Source of the DNA: an uncultured Phycisphaerales bacterium
GTDB lineage: Bacteria; Planctomycetota; Phycisphaerae; Tepidisphaerales; Tepidisphaeraceae
Reading direction: 5' to 3'
Assembly (NCBI GenBank): GCA_963755915.1
Contig: CAVWLP010000003.1
Location: forward strand, 1,440,001 to 1,504,000
DNA: 64,000 nucleotides
Shown here one piece after another: positions 31,796-42,575 of this stretch (position 1 is its first letter; every line of letters starts with the position of its first letter). The translations under genes were made by a program, and so were the position numbers. A model generated the notes under the pieces. It was given only the letters and a program-made list of their open reading frames with translations. It searched no databases and was not told where the DNA came from.

Positions 31796-32630
31796 CCGAG
31801 CCGACGCTCACGCTCATTTGTTTTACCCCGGCTATGTCGCCGAACTGCCGGAGACTTGCCGGCGCTCACAGCCGTCGGAATTAAACCTCTACGAAGCTTT
31901 GGGGGAGAAATATGCGGTCCGCGGGCTGCTGGCGATCGGATATGAGGGATTGCCATTTGCGGCGGGAAACAACCAATATATTTGCGAGCTCGCTCGCAGC
32001 CGGAGTTGGATTCATCCGACCGCCTTTGTGCACGATTTGGAAAGACTCGACGTGGGGAAGTTGCAGTGTTGCGCGAGAATCGATTCGTTGGCTTAAGCCT
32101 TTATCTGCTCGACGAGCCGCAAGTTTCAACACTGAAGTTTGTCGCCGACGATGTTTGGAACTGGCTTGAGGAACATCTGTGGCTCATCAGCGTCAATTCC
32201 AGGGGAGCACATTGGTCGGCGTGGGGGCCGATCCTCGAGCGGTTTCCACACTTGCGTGTTTTGATTTCGCATCTTGGTCTGCCTGCCCGAGTGAGTAGGG
32301 CGCCGTCCAGAGAGCTGGCGCAGCTGCTTGACGGAAGTCGTATCGCTGGCCGCGTTTCCCGGCGTCCGAATAAAGCTCAGCGGCTTCTATGCAATCGCCC
32401 AGCCCGGGCACGCATATCCGCATCTCGCGGCGTGGCCGTACGTAATATCAATTATCGAAGTCTTTGGATCAAACCGGTTGCTGTGGGGATCGGACTTCAG
32501 TCCCAGCCTTGAGCACTTGAGCTTTCAACAGACCTTTTCGTTGTTCGATGAGATGCCATTTCTAACCAATGCCGATCGGGAAAAGATTCTCGGGGGAAAT
32601 CTTCTCGGTTTACTTGACGAGGTTCGATGA
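31788..32630 (+). CDS. amidohydrolase family 2 (lactonase-like; frameshifts ~32070, ~32320)
   Basis: DAHAHLF, LISHLGLP, IKLSGFY, RLLWGSDF.P. Confidence 0.85.
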
Positions 32631-34459
32631 GGCGTTGTTGGAGATGCAAAATGTACCGAATGAGATTTCTATTGATCCTGTCTTTGATTTCGATCGCCAC
32701 GACGTGCGCGGCGGCGATGACGCTCGCCGAAAACGGCTCGGTCCGGGCGGTTATTGTCGTTGACCCAGACGCTTCCGTGCCCGATCGGCATGCTGCTGAT
32801 GAGTTGGCAACCTTCCTCGGGCAGGTGACTGGCGCTTCGTTTCAGATCACTAATGATCCTTCCGCGGGCAAGCCGCGAATTTTGATCGGCGAGGCGGCGG
32901 CGCGGCTCGCCGATCCGGCGTTTTCTGTGAAGGCCCTGGGCAACGAAGGAATCATTATTCGTACACGCGGGAGCGATTTGATTCTCGCCGGCGGCGAGCC
33001 GCGCGGAACGCTCTACGCAGTCTACACATTTTTGGAAGACCAGGTCGAGTGCCATTGGTGGACCCCTGCGGCCAGCACAATTCCGTCTCGGCCCAATCTG
33101 GTCATCGGCGATCTGGACGAACAATTCGTTCCGCCGTTTGAATATCGCGAGACTAACGATCCTGGCGCCTTGGACGGCGACTGGTCCGTGCGAAATAAGT
33201 TTAATGGGTCGTACCATCAGCTTACCGCGACGCAGGGCGGAAAGCATTCTTATATCAGCGTCCTCAAATGGTATAACGCTGGGACGTTTTGGACATTGAT
33301 TCCGCCGGAGGTTTACTTCAAAACGCACCCCGAGTGGTTCAGCCTGATCAACGGCGTGCGAAGTTGCGAAACAAACCATTCTTCTCTGTGCCTGACAAAT
33401 GAAGAGATGCGCAAAGAGTTAGTGAAGAATCAGCTTCTTGCGCTAGCGTGGCTGTGGCGTCCGGATGTGGATATGGTTTCGATATCGCAGGACGACGACG
33501 GCGGTGATCCCGAGCGATGCCAATGTGATAACTGCGTTGCCGTGGAAAAAGAGGAGGGCGCGGCTTCGGGATTGATGATCCACTTCGTCAATTCCGTCGC
33601 CGAGGATTTGGAAAAAAGCTATCCGAATCTGACGATAACAACGCTCGCATACCATTACACGCAAAAACCACCGTTGCACGCGAGGCCGCGGCACAACGTC
33701 GTTGTGCAACTCTGCGATATCCATTGCTCGTTTGCGGTGCCGTTGTATGATGATCGCAACAAGGACTTCCGCGACGACTTAATCGGATGGACAAAGATTT
33801 GCAACCGACTCTACTTCTGGGATTACGTCGGGGATTTCCATAGCGCGCTGCAGCCGCATCCGAATTTCCGCGTGCTGGGTCTGAACGCAAGATATCTAGC
33901 GCAGCTGGGAGTGAAGGGAATCTTCGGCGAATCACCGGATGGCGAGGTGCCGGGCGCCGATCCCTTGTCGGCGATGCGATACTGGATACTGGGCAAGCTG
34001 TATTGGAATCCCGATTTAGATGTTCAAAAGCTCATGGAGCAGTTCTGCGACGGCTATTACGGTCCGGCGGGCAAAGAGGTTTTGTCTTATATAAACCTGT
34101 TGGAAGATTCGGTTGCGGTAAGCGGGGATAAACTGGGACTCGACTCACGCGCGGATGCGAAATTTCTTTCGTTCGATGTGATGAGCAAAGCGTGGGAGCA
34201 CCTTGAAGCGGCTGATCTCGCCGTCCAGAACGATCCAAAGTTGATTCAACGAGTGCAGTTTCTAAAGCTTTCGGTCGCCTACATATTTCTCTACAATTGG
34301 GACAATTACCAATTGCAGGCCAGGACCGAGCATACGGCATGGCCCATGTCCAATTCAATTGACGAAGTGGGAAAGCAATTCGAACAATCGGCGGTCGCGA
34401 ACGGAATTGAAGCGAATCGGCTTTCGCTGCCCGCAAACGCGATGAGAGCTTTGCAATGA
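32627..34459 (+). CDS. secreted DUF4838-domain protein (GH20/GH67-like N-terminal domain)
   Basis: Signal peptide; AADELA.FL.QVTG, RGTLYAVYTFLE, P.FEYRE, HPEWF, LCLTN, CQC..C, TLAY, WDY. Confidence 0.82.
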   Translation: MRRCWRCKMYRMRFLLILSLISIATTCAAAMTLAENGSVRAVIVVDPDASVPDRHAADELATFLGQVTGASFQITNDPSAGKPRILIGEAAARLADPAFSVKALGNEGIIIRTRGSDLILAGGEPRGTLYAVYTFLEDQVECHWWTPAASTIPSRPNLVIGDLDEQFVPPFEYRETNDPGALDGDWSVRNKFNGSYHQLTATQGGKHSYISVLKWYNAGTFWTLIPPEVYFKTHPEWFSLINGVRSCETNHSSLCLTNEEMRKELVKNQLLALAWLWRPDVDMVSISQDDDGGDPERCQCDNCVAVEKEEGAASGLMIHFVNSVAEDLEKSYPNLTITTLAYHYTQKPPLHARPRHNVVVQLCDIHCSFAVPLYDDRNKDFRDDLIGWTKICNRLYFWDYVGDFHSALQPHPNFRVLGLNARYLAQLGVKGIFGESPDGEVPGADPLSAMRYWILGKLYWNPDLDVQKLMEQFCDGYYGPAGKEVLSYINLLEDSVAVSGDKLGLDSRADAKFLSFDVMSKAWEHLEAADLAVQNDPKLIQRVQFLKLSVAYIFLYNWDNYQLQARTEHTAWPMSNSIDEVGKQFEQSAVANGIEANRLSLPANAMRALQ

Positions 34460-34487
34460 ATTTCATGGTAACCGGGAGTTTTCTTCA

Positions 34488-36717
34488 ATGAATGAAAAGC
34501 GGAATCCGGATATGGAATCGCTGCCCGCTGGAAAGTCTCGCCCGCCCGTGCCGCTCAGGCACTTTCCCGACGCGCTGCACGCGGCGGTTTGGCGGAATTG
34601 GGACCTGGTTCCGACGCAGCGGCTGGCGGAAGTTTTTGAAAGCGCGACAAAGCAGCTGCAGGAAATCGCGGAATCAATGGGCCTCGAAAAGCAAAAGCAG
34701 TTGCGGCCGGATGTAATCCAGCGGTCTTACGTGACGCTCATTCGGCGCAATTGGCACCTGTTGCCGTACAAGCAGTTGTGCGAATTGATCGGCTGGGATG
34801 CGCCGACGATGATGCACGCGCTGCAGGAGGACGATTTTCTATGGGTTAAGCTTGGCATGCAAAAGCCGAAGTGTGAGCCCGTTGTTTATCGTCCGCCAAA
34901 TGTCGAGGCGCGGCGGAAAGCGGCCTGGATTGAAAAAACGGTTAGAGAAGAAATGGGCTCTGCCTTGCGGCGCGAAACTGAACCGCCGCTGACTTTCATC
35001 GATCAATATTCGATTGGGCGAGCGGTCGAGGCTCCGCAAAATAGGAGGCGATCTGACCGTTTCGAATTGCGGATGGTTTATCCGTATTTCCTCCGCTATG
35101 GGGATCCCCTTGTGGGTTCTGCGATCGATGACATTCCGGAAACGTTTCTCGCCGAATTGGCGGGTGTTGGCGTCAACGCGATCTGGCTGCAAGGTGTGCT
35201 TCGCGAGCTCGCGCCTTGGAGTCTTGATCGGTCGCAGTCGGCCGGTTGGGAAGAGCGGATGCAGAATCTTAATCGGTTGGTGGATCGCTGCCGCAAATTC
35301 GGAATCGGAGTCTATCTCTATTTGAACGAACCCCGTTCCTTGCCGGATTCTTTTTTTCAGCGACATCGGGAACTTCGTGGTGTTCCGGAAAGTGTCGATC
35401 GTCCCGGGCAATCCCCAAACAGTTTTACTCTTTGCACGAGCGTGCCGGAGGTGAAGGAGTTTCTGACAAACTCCGTGGAGCACGTTTTTAGAAAAGTGCC
35501 GTGCCTGGCCGGGGCGTTCACGATTACCTTCAGCGAAAATCTGACGAACTGCTATTCGCGAGAATATGATGACGCTCACGCCTGCCCGCGATGCCGCGCA
35601 CGCGGTCCAGAAACGGTTATCGCGGAGGTGAACGAATTGATCGCCTGTGGAATGAAAAATGCAGGGGTCAAGGCAAACCTTTTGGTTTATGACTGGGCAT
35701 GGCCGGAGAAGTGGGTCGAAGGAATAATCGAGCGGCTACCAAAGGAATCTTGGCTGATGCGCGTAAGCGAGTGGGGCAAACCGTTCCAGCGCGGGGATTT
35801 TAGCGGCGAAGTAGGAGAGTATTCGATCTCGGTTGTGGGGCCCAGTGACAAAAGTAAACTTCATTGGGAGCTGGCGCAAGCGAGGCTTGAAAACAGTCGC
35901 CAAGGTTCAGATCAGCAATTCGTGGGAACTGGCGAATGTCCACTATATCCCGGCGATGAGATTGGTCGCGGAACACTTGAGTAACCTGTGCCGCGCTGAC
36001 GTGGACGGGCTAATGCTGGGGTGGACGCTGGGGGGATTGCCATGTTTGAATTTTCACATTGTAGCAGAATTTCTGGATCGATCGCGGGATGTGACGCCGC
36101 AGTCGGCGATGCTGGCCGTCGCGGAAAAAGTCTTTGGCGAAGATGTTGCTCCGGAGATTGTGTGCGCGTGGGATCGATTCAGCGACGCGTTCGCTGAATT
36201 CCCGTTCGATCTTAAAGTTGTGTATTACGCTCCGCTTCAGATGGGACCAGCCAATCTGCTTTACTCTGAGCCGACCGGATATTCCGCTACAATGTGCGGG
36301 ATTCCTTACGACGATCTCGAAGGCTGGTGCGGGCCGTATCGGGCCGATACGTTACGCAAACAGTTTACGAAGGTTGGCGATGGTTTCAGAGAAGGAATCT
36401 CGTTGCTTGCGGCTGTGCTTCGGAAAGCGCCCTCGCGTGAATTGGCCGAGCACGTGCGAACTTCCGAGGCGGCCGCCATTCATTTTCGATCGATTGCGAA
36501 TCAAATCCGCTTCATTCAAAACCGCGGCTCGAATTCGGAATTGCTTAAGACTTTGCTGCGATCCGAGATCGATCTCGCCCGGCGGATGTGCGACTTGGTG
36601 GGCGAGGATTCGCGAATCGGATTCGAGGCGACGAACCATTACTTTTATACGCGAGCTGAATTGATCGAGAAAATTCTGAATTGCCGTCATTTATATGAGA
36701 ACCTGGGCCAGTCGTGA
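34488..36717 (+). CDS. conserved hypothetical TIM-barrel protein (frameshift ~35875)
   Basis: HFP..LHA.VWRNW, YGDPL, GVNAIWLQG, YLYLNEPR, CPRC, LMLGWTLGG, IGFEATNHYFY; two ORFs join. Confidence 0.7.
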
Positions 36718-37187
36718 GAAATGATTTTAGTGATATTCGAGAGTTGAAAGGAGAGCTGATGACAATGCGAGGCGTGGAATACATTACCTCCGGCTTACCC
36801 AAGCCGCGCTTGCCTTATTCGCCGGCGGTTCGAGCCGGAGACTATCTGTTTGTTTCGGGTCAGGCATCGGTTGCTGATGGCGAAATCGTGCACGATACTT
36901 TCGAGCGCGAGATGCGAAGAACGATGGAGAACGTGCGTGCAATCCTGAAGGCGGCGGGCCTGGGGTTCGAGTGTATCGTCAGCGTGAAGTCGTACCTCGC
37001 GAAGCAGAGAGATTTAAAGCAATACAACGAGCTGTACCGCGAATATTTTACCGAGCCATTTCCCGCGAGGACTACTCTTGTGAATTGCCTGGGGACGGTT
37101 GTGAAATTTGAGATTGACGTGGTCGCTTATGCAGGCTCGTCCGGGAAGCGGCGCAAAGCGGCCGGCAAAAGGTCAGGCAGGCGATAA
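36714..37187 (+). CDS. RidA/YjgF/UK114 family imine deaminase (start may be ~36759-36765)
   Basis: PYSPAVRAGDYLFVSGQ, YNELY..YF..PFPART, EIDVVA. Confidence 0.92.
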   Translation: MRNDFSDIRELKGELMTMRGVEYITSGLPKPRLPYSPAVRAGDYLFVSGQASVADGEIVHDTFEREMRRTMENVRAILKAAGLGFECIVSVKSYLAKQRDLKQYNELYREYFTEPFPARTTLVNCLGTVVKFEIDVVAYAGSSGKRRKAAGKRSGRR

Positions 37188-37248
37188 AGGCGGTTGGACA
37201 AAAGTCTGCGTTTTCGCGATCTCTTCTATCACGCCAAGCGATTCAGCA

Positions 37249-38714
37249 TCACTCCCAGTCATATCCGTAAAGGACGGAATCCTTAATGTAGAAACGAATG
37301 CGTACCGGGTCGCGAGGCAGCGAAGCGCTTCCCTTCCATCGCAAGGGCGCGAATTTTTGGTCGCCGCGAAAGGCATCGCTCTCTTCTTTTGAAAAACCGG
37401 GTATTGGCTTGTATTCGGAATCGAGCAATTCCGCCCGAATCTCGCCCGCACGTTTCGCGGCAGCATTGAGATGCAAAACGCTTCCACTGATCGGAAGAAC
37501 TTTGGTAGTGAGATGCGCCGTTCCTCCGCCATCGGAGTTGACCGCGCCGTAGAATCGGCCAAGCTCCCAACTTGCCCGGCAAAGTGCGCCGCCGCGGAAC
37601 ATGCGCATGTCGGGCGTGGTCTGGTAGACATCGCCGTGAAGGCCGGCAAGGGCTCCGTAATAGACGTAGAGACGTCCGTCATGCTCGATTGGCGTGCGAA
37701 ACGGCCAGATCATTCCACCGCCGTAGTCGCCCAGCGGGGCGTTTGGAAGGCAAGGGCTGCGCGGAATCGGCGCCAAAATTTCACGCCATCCGCCGACGCG
37801 GAAAACTGCAAGTCCATACGTTGTGTCAACGAGTGATACATCGTCACGAGCCCGAGATATCCGCCGCGATAGGGATAGCGGCCAACTTCCATAATCTGGT
37901 CGGCGGCATTGTCGTGAATATCGGGTAGGACCAGGGGCTTTCCGTCGGACCAGTTCGTGCCATCGGCGCTGGTTCGCTGGTTCGCGACCCGGCAAATGTT
38001 CTGTGCGCACTCATATCGTGGGATGACGTTGCCCGGACCGGCGGGAGCGGCCATCTTGAAATGTGCGACGTACCCTTTGGAGTCGCGGTAGATGTAGCAC
38101 GAATCGCCGGTCTTCAGATTCAGCGGCCCTTCAATTCCGCGCCAGTGTAATCCGTCTGCGGAACGATAACGGTAAAGCCCGTAATACTTCCATACATCCG
38201 TGGAATCTTTCGCCGGGGTCTGATTGAAACCCGCCACGCACATCGCCGGGCAGCGCCAGTGAACTTCGCGGAAGCAAAACATCTCATATCGGTTTTCCCT
38301 GGCAGCCTGGGGGTCGATTGAGACGGACGCGTAAGCAGTTCGGCCACCGGAATCGTTGTCGAAAATGAGGTTCGTGGGTTTTCCGTTCCACTGGACCAAA
38401 TCGAGCGACGGCCGACGCCAGTGAACTCCATCGTCGCTTTCAATGTAAGCCAGGCGGAATTCGCATTCGTTAAGCTTCTCGGGAGAATCGCTGGACATGA
38501 CCGGCGTCCATCCCTTGAACTTGCCGTCGATCGGATCTTTTAAAATCGTTCCGTGGCCGACTGCGGGTGTCGCATCGTCCCAGGGATTGTCCCCCTCGAG
38601 CAGGGGGTTGTTCGGATCGAGTTTCGCTTGCTCAACCCTCCACGCTACCCGATAATGTTGTTCGAACAAATCCTCGAAGAAGATTGGGGGAAGCCTGTCT
38701 TTTTTGTTTTCCAT
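37249..38714 (-). CDS. hypothetical five-bladed beta-propeller + beta-sandwich protein (GH32/43/117-like fold; frameshift ~37770)
   Basis: NPLL..D.PWD, ESDDGVHWRRP, SADGLHW, SADGTNW Asp-box-like repeats; LHLNA..GEIRAELLD..PIPGF. Confidence 0.65.
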
Positions 38715-38831
38715 GCGTTTCTCAGTTCTCTTGCGGAGTTGTTATGCACATCCGTGCAATTCTTGCCGGGCGTAATCCCAGCCGATCATTGCCGTTGGGC
38801 CGACACGATCCCCATCCCGACAGCCTGAATC

Positions 38832-38863
38832 TAACCATATAGTACCACGTAGAACCATGGTAT
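38832..38863 (-). promoter_or_regulatory. three 10-bp-phased half-sites upstream of the beta-propeller gene
   Basis: TAACCA (38832), GTACCA (38842), GAACCA (38852), plus inverted TGGTAT (38858). Confidence 0.6.
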
Positions 38864-39030
38864 CGGATTCATCTTGAAAATGCCAGCGAAATCCTCGCTT
38901 TGCCCTATGAGCGGTGGTCGCGCTCTCCGTTGCCGCACACCCAAACGGCTCCGCACAGGCCAATTTCGCTCATCACCTCGGATTAGCGGATTGCGGCAAA
39001 TTTTGAGCGGTTTGCCGCGTGCGCGATTTT

Positions 39031-39066
39031 TTCTTGAAACTGGTACAAAGTGATATATAAAGGTAT
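39031..39066 (+). promoter_or_regulatory. promoter/operator copy B
   Basis: TTCTTGAAACTGGTACAAAGTGATATATAAAGGTAT, 71 nt before the 39137 start. Confidence 0.75.
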
Positions 39067-39136
39067 AAACCCATGGCTCCGGACGGGTGATCGCCGTGGC
39101 GAGATGTGAATACGCATTCAGCTAGGAGTTCATGCG

Positions 39137-41797
39137 ATGTCTGAAAGCCGCATCAGCATTCTTTGGAACCTGTCCCCAGCTCAGGCACTCTTTGAAATTA
39201 TCCGCGGAGAGCTGCGGGAGGGCCGCGTTGTCGCCGGCGAAGCCGAGATTCGCGATCGGCAATTTACGTCGTTGCGAGCCGGGCCGGTGCGGCTGGAACT
39301 AACCATCGATGGAGAAGGGGCCGCCATCGGAGCAAACCCCACTCTGGTGCAGGTAAAGAACGGTTTGCAGTCGTTTACCTTCATGCTCCGCGATGTGCGC
39401 CGCGATTTCCCGATTTTCATACCGGCCTATGGAGTGGCGGTTACGGCCACCGATGACACTCGCAGTTATCGCGAGATTCGGCAGGCGATCGCCGACAAGA
39501 AACAGCTCAGCAACCTTCAACAGATCGATAATGATCCCGAGGAGTCTTTTGAGGAAGCCGCAAAACATACGCGTGCCGTCGAGTGCCCGATTTGGATGGG
39601 TGTAAGCCGCGACGTGCGCATCTTTGAGATGGGCCTTCGCTATCCGATGCACGTGACCGACTATATCCAGCCGAGGTTCCACGGCCTTGGATACTTTGGT
39701 CCGAATGTTCCTGATCTCGAGAAGCAATATCTTTGCGACCGATACGGCTTTGTCGCCGGTCGCGGGTGGGAGTGCACAGAAAAGACGTGGCGGTATCTGG
39801 ACGATGGTTCGCTCCCGATCCTCCACATGGTGCGGGAAGATGATGACCTTCGTTATGAGCTGACGGCTTTTGCAACGCTGGAGCGCAGCCCGCTGGCGTC
39901 CGATCATATTCGCGGAACCCATTTTATGGTGGCCGACGGGCTATCGGTTTGTCACGCCTTCACGGAGGAGCAGGAGAAGCAATATCAATCGCTTCGCGAA
40001 AGCGAATTGAACCGCGACGAAGAAACCGTGCTCTTTTGCCGAATCGTCGCCCTCAACACGGCTCGCGTGCCTCGATATGCGATGTTCAAGGCGGTGCATC
40101 CGCTTGCGCATTATGGGTACATGAACCAACCGAAATATACCTTTGAATCGAACACTGGATTTGCGAAGCAATCGAAATCGGGACAGGTGTTCGCGATTTC
40201 GAAGCTGGATGGCAATCCGCTGCCGCAAACGGAAATTGCCGTGCTGGTGGAGCCCGGGAAGACCTGCGTCTACGAGTTCTTGTTGCCGCATCGTCCGATT
40301 TCGCACGAGAGGGCGATTGCGCTTGCCGAACACAATGTCGAGCAGCGCCTGAGCGAATGCAGGGGATTCTGGAAAGGTAAGCTAGAGGCGGCGGCGCAGA
40401 TCGAACTGCCCGAGAAGCGCATCGAAGAGATGGTGAAGGCGGGCTTTTTACAGCAGGAGCTGGTCACCTACGGCCACGAGCCGCGAGGAACCCTGGTCAT
40501 GACGAACGGCACTTATTCAGCCGTGAGCTCAGAGATTTGGGAGAACATCGCGTTTTTTAACTCTCTGGGACTTCATGACATCGCGCGGCGATCGTATCAA
40601 TATTTTCTCGAAAAGCAGCACGAAAACGGCTTCATGCAAAACTTTCTTGGGTACATGCTGGATACGGGCTGCGTGCTCATGGGTCTCGCCCAACACTTTC
40701 GATATACGCGCGACGAGGCTTGGGCTAAGGCGATTTCACCCAACGTGATCAAGGCCTGCCAATATCTTTTGAAATGGAGAAAGCGCAATCGAAAAGAAGA
40801 ATTGCGAGGCAAGGGCTACGGGCTATTGGAAGGCCAAGTGGCGGATCCTGAGGACAATGAGCGGATCTACTTCCTAAACGCGTTTGCATACGCGGGACTT
40901 CGAGGAGCCGCGGCTCTTTTGGAGAATGTTGACCCGAAGATATCGCAGCAAGTCAGCGAGCAAGCCGATCAATTCAAAACTGATCTGCGGAACGCCTTTT
41001 TTGATTCGCTGGCTTCCGGTCCGGTGGTACCGCTTGCTGATGGAACGTGGTCGCCGACGGCGGCGCCGTGGGTCGGGCCCTCGGGGCCGATGTGTCTCTT
41101 CCTCGACGCCAAGGCCTGGTGGACACATGGGTCCGCCACGGTGCGCGACGATATTCTTGGCCCGATTCAATTGATTGCCGGGAAAGTCCTTGATCCCAAA
41201 GAGCAGGCGGCGAAGTTTTTGTTGAACTACTCAAACGAACTGATGTTTTCACGAAATGTCGCGTCGAGCCAGCCGTATTATTTGCAGCATCCGGAAATCC
41301 ATCTTCACCGAAACGAAGTGAAGCCGTTTTTGAAGACCTATTACAATTCCTTTTCCGCTCTGGCCGATCGCGAGACTTATTCCTGGTGGGAACACTTTTT
41401 CCACGCTAGTCCGCACAAGACGCACGAAACCGCCGGATTCCTGATGCAGACCCGCCATATGCTTTGGCTGGAAGACGGTGACACGCTGAAGCTTTTAGCG
41501 GGCGTTCCCCGCGCATGGCTCGCATCCGGAAAGGTAATTCAATTTAAAAATGTCGGCAGCTTTTTTGGACACCTGTCGTTCAAAGCGGCGTCCGAGGTGG
41601 AGTCGGGAACAATAGAGGCTGGCATCACTTGTGAGGACCCGAAACGTAAGCCCCAAAGAGTTACTATTCGGTTGCCGCATCCTCTGGGCCAACGACCGAA
41701 TCGGGTCGAGGGCGGACAATACGACCCCGAACTGGAAACCGTGACGATTGACGATTTCCGAGGCAAAGCGACGATGAAATTGCGATTTGCCGTCTGA
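39137..41797 (+). CDS. hypothetical (alpha/alpha)6 six-hairpin glycosidase-like protein
   Basis: AGGAG RBS; helical core H..YTRD..WA...P, GLL.G..ADPE, Y..NAFAYAGL; C-terminal LLAGVPRAWL. Confidence 0.7.
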   Translation: MSESRISILWNLSPAQALFEIIRGELREGRVVAGEAEIRDRQFTSLRAGPVRLELTIDGEGAAIGANPTLVQVKNGLQSFTFMLRDVRRDFPIFIPAYGVAVTATDDTRSYREIRQAIADKKQLSNLQQIDNDPEESFEEAAKHTRAVECPIWMGVSRDVRIFEMGLRYPMHVTDYIQPRFHGLGYFGPNVPDLEKQYLCDRYGFVAGRGWECTEKTWRYLDDGSLPILHMVREDDDLRYELTAFATLERSPLASDHIRGTHFMVADGLSVCHAFTEEQEKQYQSLRESELNRDEETVLFCRIVALNTARVPRYAMFKAVHPLAHYGYMNQPKYTFESNTGFAKQSKSGQVFAISKLDGNPLPQTEIAVLVEPGKTCVYEFLLPHRPISHERAIALAEHNVEQRLSECRGFWKGKLEAAAQIELPEKRIEEMVKAGFLQQELVTYGHEPRGTLVMTNGTYSAVSSEIWENIAFFNSLGLHDIARRSYQYFLEKQHENGFMQNFLGYMLDTGCVLMGLAQHFRYTRDEAWAKAISPNVIKACQYLLKWRKRNRKEELRGKGYGLLEGQVADPEDNERIYFLNAFAYAGLRGAAALLENVDPKISQQVSEQADQFKTDLRNAFFDSLASGPVVPLADGTWSPTAAPWVGPSGPMCLFLDAKAWWTHGSATVRDDILGPIQLIAGKVLDPKEQAAKFLLNYSNELMFSRNVASSQPYYLQHPEIHLHRNEVKPFLKTYYNSFSALADRETYSWWEHFFHASPHKTHETAGFLMQTRHMLWLEDGDTLKLLAGVPRAWLASGKVIQFKNVGSFFGHLSFKAASEVESGTIEAGITCEDPKRKPQRVTIRLPHPLGQRPNRVEGGQYDPELETVTIDDFRGKATMKLRFAV

Positions 41798-41837
41798 AGT
41801 TGTTTTGGCACGCGGCGCAATCCTGCAGGAGAAGAAG

Positions 41838-42575
41838 ATGAACGTATTGTTTGTGGGCGCTGATCCCGACGACATCGAGTTGTGGGCTGGCGGCACGGCG
41901 GCGCTTTACGCGCGGCAGGGCAACGCCGTCTATTTTTGCGTTGCAACGAATGGAAACGTGGGTTCCTCAACGCTTCCACCGGCGGAAATCGCCGCGATTC
42001 GCCGCGTCGAGGCGGGACGCGCCGCGGCGGTCATCGGAGCTGAGCTCATTTGGCTCGATTTTGACGACGAATTTCTTCTTGATACCCGAGACAGCCGCCT
42101 GGCGATCATCGAAGCTATCCGGCGCACTAAGCCAGACGTGATATTCTGCCACTGGCGACAAGACTACAACCCGGATCATTCGATCAGCGGAATGCTGGTT
42201 GATGAATGCGCTCACATGGCCGGCGTTCCAAATATCATAACGGCCTCTGCGCCATTCGGTGGGATTCCCCACGTTTATTTCATGGATACTCCGGCGGGCG
42301 TGGGTTTTGAGCCTGAGATCTACACCGATATCACCGAGACATTCGCTGTGAAAATTGAGATGGTTCGCCAGCATGCAACCCAGGGAAGCTGGATGAAAAC
42401 AATATTCGGCTACGACCTGGAAAGTTTTCTGGAAATACCGGCTAAGTTTCGTGGATTACAGGCGGGCTGTCCCATGGCGGAGGCTTTCCGTCCCAGCTAC
42501 CGCTGGGGCCGTACGTTTACCGAGCATTATCTGCCGAACTGCTCTCGCGCCAAACCAAGAGAAGAACAAATATGA
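41838..42575 (+). CDS. PIG-L/LmbE family N-acyl deacetylase
   Basis: GA(D)PDDIE..GGT, ATNG..G, R..EA..AA..IGA, DYNPDH. Confidence 0.88.
   Translation: MNVLFVGADPDDIELWAGGTAALYARQGNAVYFCVATNGNVGSSTLPPAEIAAIRRVEAGRAAAVIGAELIWLDFDDEFLLDTRDSRLAIIEAIRRTKPDVIFCHWRQDYNPDHSISGMLVDECAHMAGVPNIITASAPFGGIPHVYFMDTPAGVGFEPEIYTDITETFAVKIEMVRQHATQGSWMKTIFGYDLESFLEIPAKFRGLQAGCPMAEAFRPSYRWGRTFTEHYLPNCSRAKPREEQI

Noticed and set aside
38993-39018. Inverted repeat GCGGCAAA-N10-TTTGCCGC just upstream of promoter copy B
   Set aside because: It occurs once, is absent beside copy A, and has no T-tract; it cannot be told from chance.
12613-39065. 35-bp inverted copies as transposon terminal inverted repeats
   Set aside because: There is no target-site duplication and no transposase between them, and the sequence matches the operator/promoter family found elsewhere.
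41805-41822. Sigma-54 promoter TTGGCACG upstream of the deacetylase
   Set aside because: The GC is 2 nt off the strict -24/-12 spacing, and the intergenic gap is only about 40 nt.
41853-41880. PIG-L zinc motif reads ADPDD instead of AHPDD
   Set aside because: The codons (ggc gct gat) overlap a GCGC, the same context as the other errors, so this is probably a miscall of ggc gcg cat. It needs polishing before any claim.
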